NCBI GenBank assembly: GCA_030753015.1
Contig: JASMDC010000003.1
Span: forward strand, 1-64,000
From: Candidatus Undinarchaeales archaeon
GTDB lineage: Archaea; SpSt-1190; JASMDC01
DNA length: 64,000 nt
Direction: 5' to 3'
The position numbers were made by a program, and so were the translations under genes. Of this stretch, positions 50,099 to 58,523 are shown piece after piece; the stretch's first letter is position 1, and every line of letters starts with the position of its first letter. The notes below the pieces were generated by a model, which saw only the letters and a program-made list of their open reading frames with translations, was not told where the DNA came from and made no database searches.

Positions 50099-50863
50099 GT
50101 GTACGACATGCTGTTCGATGACGGGTACAGGGTGGATGCCCTGGTGACCGATTTCGACAGCACGCTCACCGTCAATAACACGACACCCGGTGTTCTGGAG
50201 ATCATCTACCGACATGCAGAGGAACCTGACACGACCCGCGAGGAGATGGGCGAGCTAGTTGGCGCATACTTCGCAGAAAGGCGGGAGGCCATCGAGGGCG
50301 GAGGGAACATGGAAGAGATGCTCGAACGCTGGAGCCGGGTCGAGCGCAAGTACTCGGCCATCATAGCATCCTACTTCACGGGCGTCACACGGGAAGAGAT
50401 GAAAGAGGAGGGGTATAGCGTAGAGCTCCGCGAGCACGCGGGGCAGGCGGTGGAACATCTTAGAGAAGCCGGCGTGTCCGTTGCTGTCGATACGAACAAC
50501 TGGTCCTCTTCACTGGTAACTGCAGCACTTGAGGATCGCGTGTCCGTGGACGACGTCTACGCGAACACCCTTGTGTACGGGGACGACGACGCATGCACGG
50601 GCGAGATGATTTTCGACAACGTCGATCCCCTGGCGAAGCGCGATGCGTTGCTCGATTACAAGCAGAAGAGCGGTGCACGACAGGTTGCCTATGTCGGTGA
50701 CGGCCTCAACGACCTTGCCTGCATGGCGGCAGCGGACATCGCTTTCGCCATCAAGCCATCGGACGAGCTCTTGGACGCCATTCAAGACTATGGTCTTGAG
50801 GACCAGGTCAGGGTAGTCGAGTCCTGGGATGAGATCGAGTTAACTTTGCGCACCGACAAGTGA
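50099..50863 (+). CDS. HAD-IB family phosphatase (phosphoserine-phosphatase-like)
   Basis: DFDSTL motif I, YAN.L, K, YVGDGLND motif IV. Start 50099 or 50108. Confidence 0.87.
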   Translation: MYDMLFDDGYRVDALVTDFDSTLTVNNTTPGVLEIIYRHAEEPDTTREEMGELVGAYFAERREAIEGGGNMEEMLERWSRVERKYSAIIASYFTGVTREEMKEEGYSVELREHAGQAVEHLREAGVSVAVDTNNWSSSLVTAALEDRVSVDDVYANTLVYGDDDACTGEMIFDNVDPLAKRDALLDYKQKSGARQVAYVGDGLNDLACMAAADIAFAIKPSDELLDAIQDYGLEDQVRVVESWDEIELTLRTDK

Positions 50864-50922
50864 TTGCCCTGAAGCGGGCCGTATCCACATATAATGAAAT
50901 ATTGACATGGATGGGGCAATTA

Positions 50923-50974
50923 TACCAGTAAATTAGGGGGTCAGTACATCGGGTGACCGTCTAATTTACTGATA
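50923..50974. repeat. Back-to-back inverted pair of the 21-bp motif
   Basis: TACCAGTAAATTAGGGGGTCA (50923-50943), 10-bp spacer, TGACCGTCTAATTTACTGATA (50954-50974). Confidence 0.85.
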
Positions 50975-51045
50975 TTAGCGCCGCTTCCCTTTTACCATCT
51001 CATCCGCCCTCCCCCGGAGAAATCCTTAAAAAAAATCGTTGACCG

Positions 51046-51174
51046 ATGATGACCGTGGAGTCATACGCCCATATCGACTTCATCAAGGACTTCGATAGCT
51101 ACTTTGCTACCGATGGGATTGAACTCAACGAGAACCTCAACGACCAGTGGGCGAGCTGGATGATCTACTTCTAA
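51046..51174 (+). CDS. Putative 42-aa acidic/aromatic small protein
   Basis: MMTVESYAHIDFIKDFDSYFATDGIELNENLNDQWASWMIYF; BRE/TATA-like GAGAAATCCTTAAAA ~20 nt upstream; genome-typical codons. Confidence 0.5.
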   Translation: MMTVESYAHIDFIKDFDSYFATDGIELNENLNDQWASWMIYF

Positions 51175-51273
51175 GGTCCGCGAAAGCGCCTCCTTGCACG
51201 TATTCACCCTGCGAAATGGAGTGCTGGCCAACAAACTATATAAGGAGCCATGGGCACATCAATCTACAGGGAC

Positions 51274-51489
51274 ATGGCGACGCCATTGTCACGTCTGATG
51301 CGGGCGAACCGCGGGGAGGAGGAGCAATCCCTCCTGCTGGTAATCATCGTGGCAGTGATGGTTTTCGCCGTGCTCTGGCTCGCCATCGCAAAGTCGGGCC
51401 GAGCGGTCGCCCTGGTGTTCGCAGGTTTCTTCAAGATGATCTGGAGCACCATCAAGGGGATGACCGGGATGGATTACCTGTTCAGGTGA
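51274..51489 (+). CDS. Small prepilin-like protein (class III signal peptide)
   Basis: RLMRANRG|EEEQ then hydrophobic helix; TATATAA at ~51237. Confidence 0.7.
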   Translation: MATPLSRLMRANRGEEEQSLLLVIIVAVMVFAVLWLAIAKSGRAVALVFAGFFKMIWSTIKGMTGMDYLFR

Positions 51490-51494
51490 AGGGC

Positions 51495-51689
51495 ATGGGA
51501 CGGCTCACCGATCTTATTCGCAGTCGGCGCGGCGCCATGGGCGAAGCCATCGAGATCAACTTCTGGACCATCGTCGCTGTGCTCGTTGTGGCCGTCATCG
51601 TGTTCACGCTCTACAATTTTGCTCGACAGGCCCAGCCATCCTTCGTTCAATGGATAGCGGACATAATGGACATGTCCATGGGTGAGTGA
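51495..51689 (+). CDS. Small prepilin-like protein
   Basis: IRSRRG|AMGEAIE then hydrophobic helix. Confidence 0.72.
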   Translation: MGRLTDLIRSRRGAMGEAIEINFWTIVAVLVVAVIVFTLYNFARQAQPSFVQWIADIMDMSMGE

Positions 51690-51690
51690 T

Positions 51691-51945
51691 ATGGGTCTGC
51701 TCGCGAATCGACGGGGTGTCAAGGCCAACGTGTACGACTTCATGATCTTCGTAATAATCTTCCTGCTGGTGCTCATGCTGGTGTTCACCCTTGCTGGCTG
51801 GCGGATGGTCGAGATAATTCACAAACCTGCTGAGCAGTGGGGGGACGATACGGCCGGTAAGGCACGGGATAATATGGCCTGGAACGGGGTGAAGAAATCC
51901 ACAGGATTCATCACGCTCCCGATGGGCGGCCTCTCCCTCACGTGA
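51691..51945 (+). CDS. Small prepilin-like protein
   Basis: ANRRG|VKANVYD then hydrophobic helix; GGTGA SD. Confidence 0.72.
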   Translation: MGLLANRRGVKANVYDFMIFVIIFLLVLMLVFTLAGWRMVEIIHKPAEQWGDDTAGKARDNMAWNGVKKSTGFITLPMGGLSLT

Positions 51946-52034
51946 AATTGGTAGGTAGGTACATCAAATTACTACTACCCAATGACAACTTATATAAAAC
52001 TGTACGTATATAGTAAGTAATAGAGGGAGCACTC

Positions 52035-52247
52035 ATGCTACGCACCCTAATCAGGTCGAAACGTGGTGAGTTGGGCGGACCCACCCGCATTACTCTCAAG
52101 AAGATCCTCCCCGCGCTCATCATGATGGTGCTCTTCCTGCTCGTAGGCTTCGCCTTGCTCCGTTCACGCGGCTATCTGGACTTCGAGACCCTTACGGGCA
52201 CGTTCTCCAAGACCGTGGAATCGGGGATGGATATAGGAGGGATGTAG
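52035..52247 (+). CDS. Small prepilin-like protein
   Basis: IRSKRG|ELG then hydrophobic helix; strong TTATATAAAA promoter at ~51990. Confidence 0.72.
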   Translation: MLRTLIRSKRGELGGPTRITLKKILPALIMMVLFLLVGFALLRSRGYLDFETLTGTFSKTVESGMDIGGM

Positions 52248-52251
52248 CACG

Positions 52252-52443
52252 ATGGACGTACGCCACCTGCACCCATTGAAGAAACTGCGCCGCCTGGGAC
52301 GCGACCAGCGCGGCATTACCATGTCACGAGACATGCTCATCGGGACCGTGATCGCCCTGCTCATGCTGGCGTTCCTGCTCATGGTCATCGGTGACCGGAT
52401 CGTGCCCATGGCGAACTCGGCGCTCTCGTGGGGACCAAAATGA
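52252..52443 (+). CDS. Small prepilin-like protein
   Basis: RDQRG|ITMS then hydrophobic helix. Confidence 0.72.
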   Translation: MDVRHLHPLKKLRRLGRDQRGITMSRDMLIGTVIALLMLAFLLMVIGDRIVPMANSALSWGPK

Positions 52444-52874
52444 ACACACGTCGCGGGGTCGTTGGTATATTCTACCTCGTCCTTGCGGCAGTGATAACAC
52501 TGGCAGTCTCGATCCTCATCATGCAGTCAATGTACAGCAGGGCCGCCAATGCAGGGAAGAAACCGACCGATCAGGGCCTTCAGGGCAGGATCGTCGCTCT
52601 CTGCACTCAGCTCACCGGCCCGGACACCGTCGATGCAACAGAGACCATTGATCTCCCCGCCAAGGTGGACAGCCGCGAGGTCGCACGCCTTGTGATTGTG
52701 TACTGCTTCCCGGGGGTCTCTCCCGGCGATATCACGGTAGAGACGGACTGTTCGCGCGAAGCTCCAGGACACGTTCTCCACTGGTGCGGGCCTACCGAGC
52801 TGCTTGGTACAAAGCGCTTTACAGCAGAGATGTCCCGTGACACGGAGTTCGACGTCCGATTGAGGGTGAGCTGA
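52440..52874 (+). CDS. Prepilin-like protein with globular Cys-containing domain
   Basis: MNTRRG|VVG then hydrophobic helix; ATGA overlap. Confidence 0.75.
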   Translation: MNTRRGVVGIFYLVLAAVITLAVSILIMQSMYSRAANAGKKPTDQGLQGRIVALCTQLTGPDTVDATETIDLPAKVDSREVARLVIVYCFPGVSPGDITVETDCSREAPGHVLHWCGPTELLGTKRFTAEMSRDTEFDVRLRVS

Positions 52875-53468
52875 ATGATAGCCGTCGACTCGTTCCGCAA
52901 GGTCGTGGGATTCGTCGTCATTCTAGGTCTCATCGTTGCCCTCATATATGGCGTTGCTCACGAGAGGATATCGCGCGTGGGGAACAAGTTCGTTGACATG
53001 TTCGCGTGCCCCCCCCTCGCAACCTGCGGCACTGGATCAAAGAAGGAGTGCCCCATCTTAGCTAGCCTCGAAATGCCGATCCTCACTAAAGGCGACTCGC
53101 TCATGGCCGGCAAGTGCCGACTTCGCATATGCAACCGGAAGTCCGTTGGGGGTGAGCCCAACCGCGACTATCGGGTGGAGGTCTGCCGGAGCGCCGTGGC
53201 CAATCCCGGTAAGAAGGGGGTGGCCGAACAGGAGTGCGTCCTCCTCACCGATCCTAAAGGTAAGGTGAAGCAGTTCAACCTCGCAAAGGAAGGGGTGACC
53301 GAGTATGAGTGTGCCAATGTCTGGCGCCCTGCCGATCTCGACCTCACCCGGTCTGAGCGCGAGGTATCGATAGACCTGACAATCAACATCAAGAACAGCA
53401 CTGGGCTGTTCAAGGTGGTGGACACTAAATGGAACGTACGCTACCAGCATCCGCTCGACGAAGCATAG
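52875..53468 (+). CDS. N-terminally anchored Cys-rich exported protein
   Basis: TM near N-terminus, paired Cys; no clear class III cleavage motif. Confidence 0.7.
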   Translation: MIAVDSFRKVVGFVVILGLIVALIYGVAHERISRVGNKFVDMFACPPLATCGTGSKKECPILASLEMPILTKGDSLMAGKCRLRICNRKSVGGEPNRDYRVEVCRSAVANPGKKGVAEQECVLLTDPKGKVKQFNLAKEGVTEYECANVWRPADLDLTRSEREVSIDLTINIKNSTGLFKVVDTKWNVRYQHPLDEA

Positions 53469-53659
53469 GGCAGCTGATCCGCGGTGAACGCGGCGGGATG
53501 GCCGACGCCCCAATCTATTCTTTAGCAACGCTTATATTGGTGGCTGTGTTAATCTACCTCGTATACACATGGTTATCAAGCAAACCAGAGATGATCACAA
53601 ATGTCTTCGGAAGGACCCTAGACATGCTTACAGGAGCCTTTGAGGGGTTTTTAGGATGA
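53429..53659 (+). CDS. Small prepilin-like protein (start uncertain)
   Basis: IRGERG|GMADAP then hydrophobic helix; stop overlaps next ATG. Confidence 0.6.
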   Translation: MERTLPASARRSIGQLIRGERGGMADAPIYSLATLILVAVLIYLVYTWLSSKPEMITNVFGRTLDMLTGAFEGFLG

Positions 53660-54117
53660 ATAAGAAAGGATCTATGGACACGTCGGTCGCAGCCCTTATA
53701 GCCATCGTACTTGGTGTAGGCGTTATTGCCTTCGGTGTCTATGGGCTCAACAAGGGCCAACGGACCTCGGACAATGTGGGCGTCATGGGAGATGCGGCTC
53801 GAAGCCGCCTCGATCCCCGGACGCTGGGTAAGTGCGCTGACTGGCACGATGATGGATACCCGCTCGGTATCGACGTCCTTCAGTACACCTATGGCTTCCC
53901 CACTATGTTTACTGGACAGACTATTTCTGGATGCAAGAACCTCCCTGACAAGATGGCAAAAGCCAGGGAAGAAGGCATCCCGAGCTTGAAGTTCAGTGAC
54001 AGTGATGTGAAGCGATGCGCTACCTACTGTGCAAAGATCGCACAGGAACGGGACAAGTGCATGTCCCAGCGCGATCCGCAGGCATGCATGGCCGAGGCAT
54101 TCGCAAAGGTAAGATAA
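53656..54117 (+). CDS. Prepilin-like Cys-rich protein
   Basis: MNKKG|SMD then hydrophobic helix; CxxW and CxxxC-x9-C. Confidence 0.78.
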   Translation: MNKKGSMDTSVAALIAIVLGVGVIAFGVYGLNKGQRTSDNVGVMGDAARSRLDPRTLGKCADWHDDGYPLGIDVLQYTYGFPTMFTGQTISGCKNLPDKMAKAREEGIPSLKFSDSDVKRCATYCAKIAQERDKCMSQRDPQACMAEAFAKVR

Positions 54118-54136
54118 CCTGATACGGGGAACTACC

Positions 54137-54670
54137 ATGAGGAGACGGGGTTCGTTAAGTCAGTGGTTGGGCGGGCGCGCCAGCATGAGCGTGAGAGTTC
54201 GTCGCGCCACCATCAATCTGAGCCTTGGCATGCTTGTAGCAATGGTGTTCGTCGTGCTCCTCGTCGCAATGGGTGCGCTCTCAGCCAGTCGTACCAAGAA
54301 GGATGTGCAGAAAAGGTCCAAGGAATTCACGGTCCAGGTCCGCTCTCAGCTCCTCTCTGCCAATCCTGTTGCGAAGTCCTGCTCCTTGTGGTTCTCCCAG
54401 GGACTTGGTATGCCCACGGCCGTTAACTACTACAAGGTCCCCAGTTCGTCCAAGTATGCCACCTGGGGTTGCTGCGACGACCTGGATGGGCTCGAACATG
54501 ACAAGCTCAACGCCCAAAAGGTGAACAAGTGCCTCAAATCGTGTGGTCAGGCACTCTCACTGTTGGAGCGTTGTAGCCAGGACTGGGACATCATGGACGG
54601 AGGCAAGTACGAGGATGCCCAGACCTGTTACAAGTCACGGTTCGAAAAGGACGTGAGGTGTGTCTCATGA
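54137..54670 (+). CDS. Prepilin-like Cys-rich protein
   Basis: VRRA|TINL then hydrophobic helix; CxxW and CxxxC-x9-C. Confidence 0.75.
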   Translation: MRRRGSLSQWLGGRASMSVRVRRATINLSLGMLVAMVFVVLLVAMGALSASRTKKDVQKRSKEFTVQVRSQLLSANPVAKSCSLWFSQGLGMPTAVNYYKVPSSSKYATWGCCDDLDGLEHDKLNAQKVNKCLKSCGQALSLLERCSQDWDIMDGGKYEDAQTCYKSRFEKDVRCVS

Positions 54671-55077
54671 TCCGGACCCGCGCCCAAATGAGCTTCATGC
54701 CTCTTGCCGTGGTCATCCTTGGCCTCCTCTTCCTCACCATCGGGCTCATCCTCATCTACAACGCACGCGAAATCCAGAAGTCCGAGAAGGATATCGTCCT
54801 GTTCGAGAGTATTACATCGATACACAACATCTGCCGGTTCTGGAAGAATCCGGGACTGTACGTGGATGTCGCCATGCCTAATCAGCTTGGCGCGGCCTTC
54901 GAGTCTGCGGGGCTGAACAAAGTCAACCCATGCTCAAACAACGCAGACGGCATCAGGTATTGCATGCTGAAGTGCGAGGCGCTGGAGCGGCTCGTAATGG
55001 TGTGTAATGTGCACGGAAATGAGCGCAATGTGGAAGAGTGTAGCTCAACCAATATACGGAGCTTGCTGACGAAATGA
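54667..55077 (+). CDS. Prepilin-like Cys-rich protein
   Basis: MIRTRA|QMSF then hydrophobic helix; CxxW and CxxxC-x9-C. Confidence 0.78.
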   Translation: MIRTRAQMSFMPLAVVILGLLFLTIGLILIYNAREIQKSEKDIVLFESITSIHNICRFWKNPGLYVDVAMPNQLGAAFESAGLNKVNPCSNNADGIRYCMLKCEALERLVMVCNVHGNERNVEECSSTNIRSLLTK

Positions 55078-55086
55078 GGGAATGTC

Positions 55087-55650
55087 ATGACTAGCGAAGG
55101 GCTGATGCAGGCGCTGGTGGTGTTCATTCTGGGACTGGTGGTGCTTGCCGCCGGCGTCCAGATGCTTTCAAGGGCCAAGAAGGTCACCATGAGGAGCGCT
55201 GTCATCCCCAGTGACTACCAGGAGCTCGGCCGAATGAAGAAGCTTGTGGATAACTGTGGCGAAACAGGGTGGGGCGCGGACCTCATCCGTGGCAAGCTCC
55301 TCTCAGGTAAGGTCGAGTGCGACACTACCTGTAAGGCCAACTTCGCGGAGCACTACCGGGAAATCCCACGTGCGGTGAATGGTCTGAAGTTCATCGAGAA
55401 GAAGAGCCGGTTCTGCTCCTCCTCGGGGTGCCCGGCTACGCGCCGGTGCGCCGAGGCGATGGAACTGGCGAGCATCGGCAGTACTTCGACTTATAAAGAT
55501 AAGTTGAAAGGATACGCTGAAGCCTGTGCCCAGGTCTGCGCTTGGAGCATGCAACGTTATGAAGTGTGCGCGTCCCAGATGGCGGAGGTGTACGCCAAGG
55601 GAAGTGGCTTCAGTTCGCCCTGTGCAGACAGGGAGGCTGAACTACCGTAA
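55087..55650 (+). CDS. Pilin-like Cys-rich protein without obvious basic leader
   Basis: N-terminal hydrophobic helix; CxxxC-x9-C. Confidence 0.72.
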   Translation: MTSEGLMQALVVFILGLVVLAAGVQMLSRAKKVTMRSAVIPSDYQELGRMKKLVDNCGETGWGADLIRGKLLSGKVECDTTCKANFAEHYREIPRAVNGLKFIEKKSRFCSSSGCPATRRCAEAMELASIGSTSTYKDKLKGYAEACAQVCAWSMQRYEVCASQMAEVYAKGSGFSSPCADREAELP

Positions 55651-55662
55651 AGGTGAGGGAAA

Positions 55663-56160
55663 ATGGTTCCATCAACGACATCGAACCGGGGCCAGGGGCA
55701 GCCGGTCTGGATTCTCGTGGCCGTTCTTCTAGCGGTCATCGTGGCCGTGACCATGTATCGGCTCGTCACAAGGCTCGACGTGGATGAGCTGCCTGACATG
55801 GACAGTGAGACGGCAACGACCCGATTCACGCAGCAGTGCAAACAGTGGGATGACATGGACTGGAACCAATACAGCAAGCCCAAAGTAACGGAATCCAAGC
55901 ATTCCATGGAGTTGTATGCTTGGCGTGCGAACCAAATCCTTACGAAGGAGGAGGTTGAGGCTGGCAAGCAGGTCCAGCCGTGCGACTGTATCGTCTACCT
56001 CCACATGCGCAACCTCATCGACTACGGTGAGGTCATCCAGCTGTGGAAGCAGCACAAAGAATGCAATTCCTGGGCCAAGAACACCGGATGCTCGAAGAAC
56101 TTCTGTGGAACGGCTTCGGCAGCCTCGGAGTGCAAGAAGGCCCATGCGTGCCCTACCTAG
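55663..56160 (+). CDS. Prepilin-like Cys-rich protein
   Basis: SNRG|QGQPVW then hydrophobic helix; CxxW. Confidence 0.77.
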   Translation: MVPSTTSNRGQGQPVWILVAVLLAVIVAVTMYRLVTRLDVDELPDMDSETATTRFTQQCKQWDDMDWNQYSKPKVTESKHSMELYAWRANQILTKEEVEAGKQVQPCDCIVYLHMRNLIDYGEVIQLWKQHKECNSWAKNTGCSKNFCGTASAASECKKAHACPT

Positions 56161-56749
56161 TCCCTGCCGACGCGCCACCATCGACGTGTTCGGGCTGGTC
56201 GCTCTAGCAATATTCGGCCTTATAGCGGCCGTCCTCCTCATCCGTTTCACCGGGCTCACGATGGGTGCAATGGGCGAGACCCATGCCGCCAAGAACATCA
56301 ACGAGATAGTCGTGGGGGCCCGTAAGGCCTGCCGGGACGGTGAGGCCGTCGTGAGCGCCTTCACCGTTCCCGAGCAGTACGCGTACGTGGTACGCACCTG
56401 CAATCTGTGGGAGTGCACTGACGGCAACTGCCAGGACGAGACGATCGCCGGCCATAACTGGCCCCTGGACGCCGATAGCAAGCGCAAGGTGTTCGACAAG
56501 TTCTGCAACGGTCGTGACTCACAGAACCTCCTGGCCGCCTGCTACATAATCTATGGCGTCCACCACGACTGGGGACCGCTGGGGCAGCTCATGGGATGGA
56601 AGCGCATCGTCGCAAAGACGCGTAAGTGCGAGAACATCCACTGCGGCATACCCTACGATATCAATCTCATCATGCCCGGCAAGCAGAAGTACCGCATGAA
56701 CATCGTCAGGGACGGCGAAGCCCTGGTGGGGAGGCAGTACGATGTCTGA
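56144..56749 (+). CDS. Prepilin-like protein
   Basis: CRRA|TIDVF then hydrophobic helix; paired Cys. Confidence 0.75.
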   Translation: MRALPSPCRRATIDVFGLVALAIFGLIAAVLLIRFTGLTMGAMGETHAAKNINEIVVGARKACRDGEAVVSAFTVPEQYAYVVRTCNLWECTDGNCQDETIAGHNWPLDADSKRKVFDKFCNGRDSQNLLAACYIIYGVHHDWGPLGQLMGWKRIVAKTRKCENIHCGIPYDINLIMPGKQKYRMNIVRDGEALVGRQYDV

Positions 56750-58037
56750 GCTCCTTGGTCGCAAGCGGGGCCTCCTGGGCATCAAGTTCTGGTTCATGGT
56801 ATTTGTGGTCATGGCGTTCATGGTCGCCGTAAGCATGGCCATGAACATCCTCTATGTAGGACAGACCGTGCGGGCCGCGGACGAGCTCGGCCGGATCAAA
56901 ACGTATTTGGAGGCCGTGTGCCACGGGAACGTTGGCGACTACCGTACCTTCGGCGCCCCACCGTTCGGCGTGATCGTACGAGTAGACTCTTGTGACAAGG
57001 TGCTCGCGAAGAGCGCGGTCCGGGGTGCGGTGGGCGTGGGCGTGATGACAAAACACATAACATCGATCGCCAACATGGGCAAGAAGCCCAAGGCCCTCAA
57101 GCAGATGGCCGACAAGGCCGACGATCTCGCGAAGATGTCGGGCTCAAATGTGAAGACCGCCACTGATGCCGCTCGGATAACCGAGGCCAATCAGGCGCTT
57201 ACCAAGAACCTGGCCATGTTCAAGGATCCTAGCAAGAGACTCTTCCAGATACCTGTCCCCTCGAAGATGGCAGGGGTCCACAACAAGGTGGTGATGGCCC
57301 TGGACAAGACCGGCATCGTGTCAGCCAACGGTGCCAAAGCCCAGAAACACATCGTAGAGATCTACAAGATACAGGGGCAGCTGGGCCGCACCAAGGACGC
57401 AGCCCAAGCGGCCAAGCTGTATGCTCAATGGGGCAACCATGCCGACGAGGCCTACAAACTCGCACACACGGCCGGTCGGTTCGGCACGGGAATGAAGTTT
57501 GCACAGGGCGCGCTGTACACTAGCTGCGTGGGCACGTCTCTTGCAGGTTATGTCAAGGAGGTCGATGTCGTACCGGAAGGGGCCCAGAAGGCCATCGAGG
57601 ACGTCCACACGGCCACACGTGACTTCATCTCCGATAATGCGGGGCCCGCGGGCGGGACGGTGGGCGCCCTCCCCGCCGAGGGAGTCCCATGCCTAGCCTA
57701 CTCGCTCTCGAGAGGGGCGAGCCTCAAGGGCGCCACTGGATTCCTTGGTGGCGCGGTCACGAGCACGGCCTTCAACATCCTTGGTGGTCGGATGCTCGGT
57801 CAATCGGCCGCCATGATATCCAGCTTCGCTACCCGGTGCCCGGGAGCTAGTAATGGCCTGGCAATCTGCGTCCAGAAGTCCAAGTGCGAGGGCGATGAGA
57901 AGGGACCGTGCTCCGCTTGCGATGTTATATCCTGTCGTGTCCCCATCAAGGTTGAGTCCCGCCCCTTCGATCCGAAGATAACCGTTTCCCATGAGGGCGA
58001 CGTCGTGAAGCTCAATGGGGGTGTCGAGCCATTCTGA
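56742..58037 (+). CDS. Large prepilin-like protein with Gly/Ala-rich insertion
   Basis: GRKRG|LLG then hydrophobic helix; 431 aa. Confidence 0.77.
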   Translation: MSELLGRKRGLLGIKFWFMVFVVMAFMVAVSMAMNILYVGQTVRAADELGRIKTYLEAVCHGNVGDYRTFGAPPFGVIVRVDSCDKVLAKSAVRGAVGVGVMTKHITSIANMGKKPKALKQMADKADDLAKMSGSNVKTATDAARITEANQALTKNLAMFKDPSKRLFQIPVPSKMAGVHNKVVMALDKTGIVSANGAKAQKHIVEIYKIQGQLGRTKDAAQAAKLYAQWGNHADEAYKLAHTAGRFGTGMKFAQGALYTSCVGTSLAGYVKEVDVVPEGAQKAIEDVHTATRDFISDNAGPAGGTVGALPAEGVPCLAYSLSRGASLKGATGFLGGAVTSTAFNILGGRMLGQSAAMISSFATRCPGASNGLAICVQKSKCEGDEKGPCSACDVISCRVPIKVESRPFDPKITVSHEGDVVKLNGGVEPF

Positions 58038-58039
58038 GG

Positions 58040-58522
58040 TTGCTCGCGGCCAAGCGCGGCCAGGCATCCACCGTGTCCGAGTCCCTCTCGGAGTTCGCCA
58101 AGTTCGTGGCGGCCATCATAGTCTTCGCCCTCGTCCTCGGGGCGTTCCTTGCCCTTCTGGTCAACATGCATAAGCTCTCCCTCATCATGAACGCCCGCAT
58201 CGTGGCCGACGCCATCGCAGGGGCGATAGCGGCGGTGTCCACAGCACCCGACCAGGCCACGTTCTGCTATACTGTCCCCTCATTCGCTACATACCGCGTC
58301 GTCATCGGCGGCGGGGCCGTGCTAGTGGTGCAAGCAGGAGAACAGGCCTTCGGTATATCCCCCTACCCTGTTCCGGGCGTGGAGTCCGCCGAACTCCTCG
58401 TTGGCAAGGACCAGATGAGCGCGGTGATCGTCATTCGCAAGATACGTGTGGGCGCCTCCGAGCAGATATCGGTGACGGCCCCGGAGGAGTTCGAGTTAAA
58501 GCGGTGCGCGGAGGTTATCTAG
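58040..58522 (+). CDS. Prepilin-like protein
   Basis: AKRG|QAST then hydrophobic helix; beta-rich C-terminus; TTG start. Confidence 0.75.
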   Translation: MLAAKRGQASTVSESLSEFAKFVAAIIVFALVLGAFLALLVNMHKLSLIMNARIVADAIAGAIAAVSTAPDQATFCYTVPSFATYRVVIGGGAVLVVQAGEQAFGISPYPVPGVESAELLVGKDQMSAVIVIRKIRVGASEQISVTAPEEFELKRCAEVI

Positions 58523-58523
58523 G

